The notes under the pieces are model-generated. The model saw nothing but the letters and a program-made list of their open reading frames with translations, had not been told where the DNA came from and made no database searches. This document shows, one piece after another, positions 59,375 through 64,000 of a stretch of DNA of 64,000 nucleotides; positions within the stretch are counted from its first letter, which is position 1, and every line of letters begins with the position of its first letter. The position numbers were made by a program, and so were the translations under genes. Origin of the DNA: an uncultured Nitrospiraceae bacterium (GTDB lineage Bacteria > Nitrospirota > Nitrospiria > Nitrospirales > Nitrospiraceae); contig CAVPLT010000002.1 in the NCBI GenBank assembly GCA_963706325.1, forward strand, positions 160,001-224,000, given 5' to 3'.

Positions 59375-59644
59375 ATGTCTGAACTGCCGTCGAATGTCCA
59401 CTCACCGCAGGCTCCGGATGAAGAGTTAGATCTTCGCGGGGTCATTTGTCCGTACAATTTCGTGAAAACCAAACTGAAGCTCGAAACCATGTCCGCTGGG
59501 CAATTGCTGTTGGTTCACCTCGATGACGGCGATCCTATCCGCAATGTGCCACGCAGCGTCAGCGATGATGGCCATGATGTGCTGTCGCAGGAACGAGCTG
59601 ACCATTCCTACCGAGTCATGATCAGGAAACGGATTGACGGCTAG
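59375..59644 (+). CDS. TusA/SirA family sulfurtransferase
   Basis: LDLRGVICPYNFVKTKL, DDGDPIRNVP. Confidence 0.9.
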   Translation: MSELPSNVHSPQAPDEELDLRGVICPYNFVKTKLKLETMSAGQLLLVHLDDGDPIRNVPRSVSDDGHDVLSQERADHSYRVMIRKRIDG

Positions 59645-59647
59645 TTA

Positions 59648-60397
59648 CTACCGCTTTACCTGCCCCTGCTTTCGTCCCGTTCGCGTACCCTCCACGATCA
59701 GGGTCACCTTCACAGGCCCATTTTCAAAGGGACAGTTGAATAGGATTTTTTGAACTCGTCCCCGTACGATTTGCTGCGTCTTGCAGGTGAGGTCAGCAGC
59801 CACGACGATTTGTCGGTTCCCCAAGATGACCAGTAGGAGTCTGAGAATCTGTCGAAGCGCCTGTGCCGGCGGAAAGAAGATCATCGTGCGAGACTCAGCC
59901 TTCAGCGAGTCGAGTCGATGTTCGAGCTCACGAACGCCACCGGACCACCGTCCTTCGAAGACGAACGCATCTCCGTCCATCCCAGCGACAGCAGCAGCAG
60001 TTACAACCGCGGAAGTGCCCGGGATGATTTCGATGGGAATGTCTGAGCGCGCTGCCGCGGTAATGAGCAGTCGCCCGGGATCATAGACGACGGGCATCCC
60101 ACAGTCGGATACCAACGCAATGTCGGTTCCTTGTTTCAGTCGACCCAACAAAATCGGCACCTTTTCAGCGGCATGGACTCGATCATATGTGGTCAACGTG
60201 GTATGAATGCCGTGATGAGTCAGCAGCGCCTGGGTCGCGCGAGGATTTTTGGTCGCAATCAGGCCTACGCGCTGAAATGTCGCGAGGGCGCGAATCGTCA
60301 GATCATCAGGATGTCCGATGGGGACGCCGACAATGAAAAGTGTCGCTCGCTGACTGCCTGATGAAACGCGCTTTCCTTGACTCTGTTCTGGTCGCAT
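59648..60397 (-). CDS. rsmI: 16S rRNA C1402 2'-O-methyltransferase RsmI-like protein (divergent)
   Basis: LFIVGVPIG..DDLTIRA, ALVSDCGMP.VYDPG, IPG.SA, FVFEG. Confidence 0.8.
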   Translation of the reverse strand: MRPEQSQGKRVSSGSQRATLFIVGVPIGHPDDLTIRALATFQRVGLIATKNPRATQALLTHHGIHTTLTTYDRVHAAEKVPILLGRLKQGTDIALVSDCGMPVVYDPGRLLITAAARSDIPIEIIPGTSAVVTAAAVAGMDGDAFVFEGRWSGGVRELEHRLDSLKAESRTMIFFPPAQALRQILRLLLVILGNRQIVVAADLTCKTQQIVRGRVQKILFNCPFENGPVKVTLIVEGTRTGRKQGQVKR

Positions 60398-60406
60398 CGA
60401 TATAAT
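60377..60406 (+). promoter_or_regulatory. Sigma70 promoter for ccsA-hemA-hemC
   Basis: TTGACT-18 nt-TATAAT. Confidence 0.6.
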
Positions 60407-60459
60407 TTCCAGTTCAGAAAGACCAGCTTTGCTCTGGAATGTTGCGAGGATAGGGCGAA

Positions 60460-61266
60460 ATGTCTTCAGTTTTTTTTCTACTCACGATAGGGCTCTATTT
60501 TGCGAGTACGGTTTGCTATCTGGCCTATTTGCTGCGGCGGGCTGAAACCCTATCAAAGGTGTCGCTAGGAATTACCGCCGTAGGGTTCGCGACTCACACT
60601 GCGGCGCTGGCTGCCAGAATGGCGGATACCGGACCGACCCAGCTTCCCACGTTTCACGAAGCCCTGTCTTTTTTTTCCTGGATGCTCATTCTGGTGTTTC
60701 TCGCCGTCGAATTTCGCCGACAACTCCACGTCCTCGGTTCATTTATTGTTCCGCTTGCCCTTATATCCCTGGTGACCGCGGCCGCATTTCGCTCAGACGA
60801 GGCCTCGAGTCTCCAGCCCGTTTTCAAAACCCTCTGGGTCCACGTGACGCTCAGCATGTTGGGCACGGTGGGGTTTGCGGTCGCATTTGTCGCGGGAGTG
60901 ATGTATCTCATTCAGGATGGCCTTCTCAAGTCTAAGCGTTTCAATGTGCTCTATGCCAAACTGCCTGCGCTCGACTATCTTGATCACCTGAATCAACAGT
61001 CTATCGTGATGGGCTTTCCACTGCTGACGCTTGGGATCATCAGCGGCGCTTTTTCCGCGGAGATCGTTCGTGGCACCTATGTGAATTGGAACCCGGAACA
61101 GACGTGGGCTATGGTCACGTGGGGGTTCTACTTCGCCGTTCTCGTCGGTCGGCTCACCATCGGATGGCGCGCCAAACGAGCCGCGTATCTCACGATCATC
61201 GGTTTCGCCGGCGTGATCCTCACTCTCATTGGAGTGGTGCTGAAAAGTCACGGGTCGGTGTCCTGA
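60460..61266 (+). CDS. ccsA: Cytochrome c assembly family protein (CcsA/HemX-like)
   Basis: WVHVTL, LPALDYLD, GFPLLTLGIISGA, GWRAKRAA; upstream of hemA. Confidence 0.82.
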   Translation: MSSVFFLLTIGLYFASTVCYLAYLLRRAETLSKVSLGITAVGFATHTAALAARMADTGPTQLPTFHEALSFFSWMLILVFLAVEFRRQLHVLGSFIVPLALISLVTAAAFRSDEASSLQPVFKTLWVHVTLSMLGTVGFAVAFVAGVMYLIQDGLLKSKRFNVLYAKLPALDYLDHLNQQSIVMGFPLLTLGIISGAFSAEIVRGTYVNWNPEQTWAMVTWGFYFAVLVGRLTIGWRAKRAAYLTIIGFAGVILTLIGVVLKSHGSVS

Positions 61267-61267
61267 T

Positions 61268-62674
61268 ATGCATATCATCGTCGTCGGACTGAGCCACAAG
61301 ACCGCGCCGGTTGAGATTCGCGAAAAACTCGCCGTGCCGGAAAGTCGGCTCAGAGAAGCGCTGAGTCGGCTCTGTGCCTATCCTGGGGTCCGCGAAGGTT
61401 TGCTCCTCTCGACATGCAATCGAGTGGAAGTGTATGCCGTTGTTGAGGGGCTAGAATCCGGCTATGGTCGAGTACAAGAATTTTTGGCTGATACCCACCT
61501 CTCCCTCTCCTCCGAGCATTTAACGCCGCATCTCTATTGGCATGCTGACGATCGTGCCATCGGCCATCTCTTCCGGGTTGCCTCTAGTCTCGATTCGATG
61601 ATCATCGGCGAGTCTCAGATTCTCGGGCAGATCAAAAATGCGTTCGAGGTTGCCTTGACGAACAAGGCCTCTGGCTTGCTCTTGAATAAAGTCGTGAAGA
61701 AAGCGATCTCGGTCGCGAAACGTGTGCGTACTGAAACCAAGATCGCGGAAACGGCCGTGTCTGTCAGTTATGCGGCCGTGGAGCTCGCCAAGAAAATTTT
61801 CTCCAACTTGACTGAGAAAACAGTGTTGTTGATTGGGGCTGGGGAGATGGCCAAGTTGGCGGCGCGTCATTTAATCGCTAATGGGGTGCGGCAAGTCCGA
61901 ATCACGACCCGTAATTTTCAGCACGGCTTGGAACTGGCTCAACGATTTAATGGAACTGCAGTGCCGTTTGATGACTATAAATCCGAATTGGCAGGTGCCG
62001 ACATTGTGCTCGTGTCTACCGGCGCCTCGCACTACCTCATTGGCCCCGACGATGTTCAGCGCGCCATGAGGCAGCGAATGAGCCGACCGATGTTTTTGAT
62101 CGACATCTCCGTGCCGCGTAATATTGATCCTGCCGTTCGACCGATCGACGATGCCTTTCTCTTCGATATCGACGACCTACACATGCGCGTGGAACAAAAC
62201 CGCGAGGATCGAATGCGGGAAGCGGCAAAAGCCGAGCAGATGGTCGTCGAAGAAGTTGCCGTTCTGGGACAGTGGCTCCAATCATTGGAGGTCACGCCGA
62301 CCATTGTAGCCTTACGGAGCCGGTCAGAGGAGATCAAGCGTCGGGAAGTGGATAAAATCATGGCGCGTTTAGGACACCTATCAGCCGACGATCGCGCTGC
62401 TGTAGAGACAATGGCGTCCGCCATCATCAACAAGCTGGTGCATGGCACGATGGTGACCTTGAAGGCCGAGGCGACCTCCGCTGATGGGGCGGCCTATGTG
62501 GATGCGGCGCGCCGGTTCTTTAACCTCGCATCGGCAACGACCGGATGCCCAGACGACCATGCAGAGGGCTCAGAAGAGCCGGAGAGAAGTACGGCAAGTA
62601 ATGGGGCAGGCCGGCATGTTGATGTGCCATTGATACCGACCACGACCAAGGGACAAGGTCGACGTGTCAGCTAA
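61268..62674 (+). CDS. hemA: Glutamyl-tRNA reductase
   Basis: GLSHKTAPVEIRE, STCNRVE, GESQILGQ, GAGEM, DISVPRNID. Confidence 0.97.
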   Translation: MHIIVVGLSHKTAPVEIREKLAVPESRLREALSRLCAYPGVREGLLLSTCNRVEVYAVVEGLESGYGRVQEFLADTHLSLSSEHLTPHLYWHADDRAIGHLFRVASSLDSMIIGESQILGQIKNAFEVALTNKASGLLLNKVVKKAISVAKRVRTETKIAETAVSVSYAAVELAKKIFSNLTEKTVLLIGAGEMAKLAARHLIANGVRQVRITTRNFQHGLELAQRFNGTAVPFDDYKSELAGADIVLVSTGASHYLIGPDDVQRAMRQRMSRPMFLIDISVPRNIDPAVRPIDDAFLFDIDDLHMRVEQNREDRMREAAKAEQMVVEEVAVLGQWLQSLEVTPTIVALRSRSEEIKRREVDKIMARLGHLSADDRAAVETMASAIINKLVHGTMVTLKAEATSADGAAYVDAARRFFNLASATTGCPDDHAEGSEEPERSTASNGAGRHVDVPLIPTTTKGQGRRVS

Positions 62675-62763
62675 CGCCCTTCGGAAAGTCGAATGTTTAT
62701 GACCCGACAAATCACCAGTTGTCCCCCGCATGCTATTGCTGAGCGACCGAGTCGTACTCTGCT

Positions 62764-63696
62764 ATGAGTCGCTCGACTCTTATCCTAGGGACTCGTGGTA
62801 GCAAACTGGCCGTGCATCAAAGCCAATGGGTGCAGGCACGTCTTCAGGAATTGGCGCCGGGCCTTACGATATCCCTCACGCGCATCCAAACGTCAGGCGA
62901 CAAGATTTTAGATGTCCCTCTAGCGAAAATCGGCGGCAAGGGCCTATTCGTCAAGGAAATTGAAGACGCGTTGCTGAGCAACGAGATCGACCTCGCCGTG
63001 CATAGCATGAAAGATGTGCCGACGGCCTTGCCGGAGGGCCTTGAGATCTTGTGCGTGCCTCCGCGCGAAGATCCGCGGGATGCTTTGATCACCCATGCTG
63101 GATGCCGGCTTGATCAGTTAAAACCGGGCGCTCGAATCGGCACCAGCAGTTTGCGCCGGCAAGCCCAACTTCTGCACTATCGGCCAGACTTCATCATTGA
63201 AATGCTTCGCGGCAATCTGGATACGCGCTTAAGAAAGCTTCACGACGGACAGTTCGATGCCATTGTGCTTGCGGCGGCGGGACTGCGGCGGCTTGCCTGG
63301 GAACAGGAAATCACGGAGTATTTGCCTGTAGACGTCAGCCTTCCTGCGATCGCCCAAGGGGCCCTTGGCATTGAAGCTCGCAGTGACGATACCTTCGTGC
63401 GCGAGCTGTTGGCTCGCTTCGAGCATCCCGCGACGCGCATCACCGTGACGGCGGAACGCGCGCTGCTCCACCGTCTCGAAGGGGGTTGTCAGGTGCCCAT
63501 CGCAGCGCATGCCGTCCTGGACGGAGATACCTTAAGGCTTGACGGGTTGGTGGCCAGCGTGGATGGTCGGCGCATCATTCGCCATCAGATCACGGGCGCG
63601 GCCGCTGAGGCCTTTCGACTCGGAACCACGCTGGCAGAACGCTTATTGGCGGATGGTGGCGATGTAATTCTCAAGGAAATCTACGGGCAGGCCTGA
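62764..63696 (+). CDS. hemC: Hydroxymethylbilane synthase
   Basis: [39 protein letters not shown]. Confidence 0.97.
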   Translation: MSRSTLILGTRGSKLAVHQSQWVQARLQELAPGLTISLTRIQTSGDKILDVPLAKIGGKGLFVKEIEDALLSNEIDLAVHSMKDVPTALPEGLEILCVPPREDPRDALITHAGCRLDQLKPGARIGTSSLRRQAQLLHYRPDFIIEMLRGNLDTRLRKLHDGQFDAIVLAAAGLRRLAWEQEITEYLPVDVSLPAIAQGALGIEARSDDTFVRELLARFEHPATRITVTAERALLHRLEGGCQVPIAAHAVLDGDTLRLDGLVASVDGRRIIRHQITGAAAEAFRLGTTLAERLLADGGDVILKEIYGQA

Positions 63697-63701
63697 TACC
63701 C

Positions 63702-64000
63702 ATGCTCATGCAGAAAGGCATAGTCTATTTGGTCGGCGCCGGCCCCGGAGATCCCAAGTTGCTGACGTTGCGCGGCAAGGAGTGTCTCGAGCAGGCCGAT
63801 GTAGTCCTGTACGATTACCTCGCGAATGAAGCCCTACTGGGGCATGTTTCACCGCGAGCTGAACGTTTGTACGTGGGTCGCCGTGGCCGGGGGCAGTATC
63901 GAGATCAGTCGGAAATCAATCGATTGCTGATCGACCATGCTCAGGCAGGAAAGCGCGTCGTCCGTCTAAAAGGCGGCGATCCGTTTGTCTTCGGACGAGG
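63702..64000 (+). CDS. cobA: Uroporphyrinogen-III C-methyltransferase (partial, runs off the window)
   Basis: Manual translation [18 protein letters not shown]...ADVVLYDYL...[14 protein letters not shown]. Confidence 0.93.
   Translation, partial: MLMQKGIVYLVGAGPGDPKLLTLRGKECLEQADVVLYDYLANEALLGHVSPRAERLYVGRRGRGQYRDQSEINRLLIDHAQAGKRVVRLKGGDPFVFGR

Overview
This is a GC-rich bacterial chromosome segment, most consistent with Nitrospirota (Nitrospira-like). That assignment is inferred from protein style, the rplM-rpsI-argC-argJ-rpsB-tsf-pyrH-frr order and the repeat families; no marker search was run. The window has two halves. (1) ~1-34.3 kb is a decaying accessory region of stress, redox, efflux and regulator genes. 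It contains many pseudogenes (DUF1810, TPMT-like, a frameshifted cytochrome-P460-like c-type cytochrome, AraC, RelE, HicA, WD40), a RAYT/Y1-transposase remnant, and short diverged gene fragments (pyk, a histidine kinase, a small hypothetical gene, the 5' end of a radical SAM gene). It ends in a toxin-antitoxin/defence hotspot (28.3-34.3 kb) organised by a recurring TTGCAAGACCTGACC motif. That motif forms a perfect 26-bp inverted pair around 3.3 kb and ends a ~135-bp direct repeat carrying a sigma70 promoter. The hotspot also holds a tandem duplication with different middles and a GC-rich repeat family interleaved with TA modules. (2) ~34.3-64 kb is intact core genome: two tandem B12-binding radical SAM genes, metabolic genes punctuated by ~125-bp CAGGATG...CATCCTG palindromic repeats, alr, the translation cluster, argJ/argC, tRNA-Leu(CAA), and ccsA-hemA-hemC-cobA. 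No CRISPR array, rRNA, intact transposase or integrase was seen. All family calls come from motif recognition by eye, not database searches.
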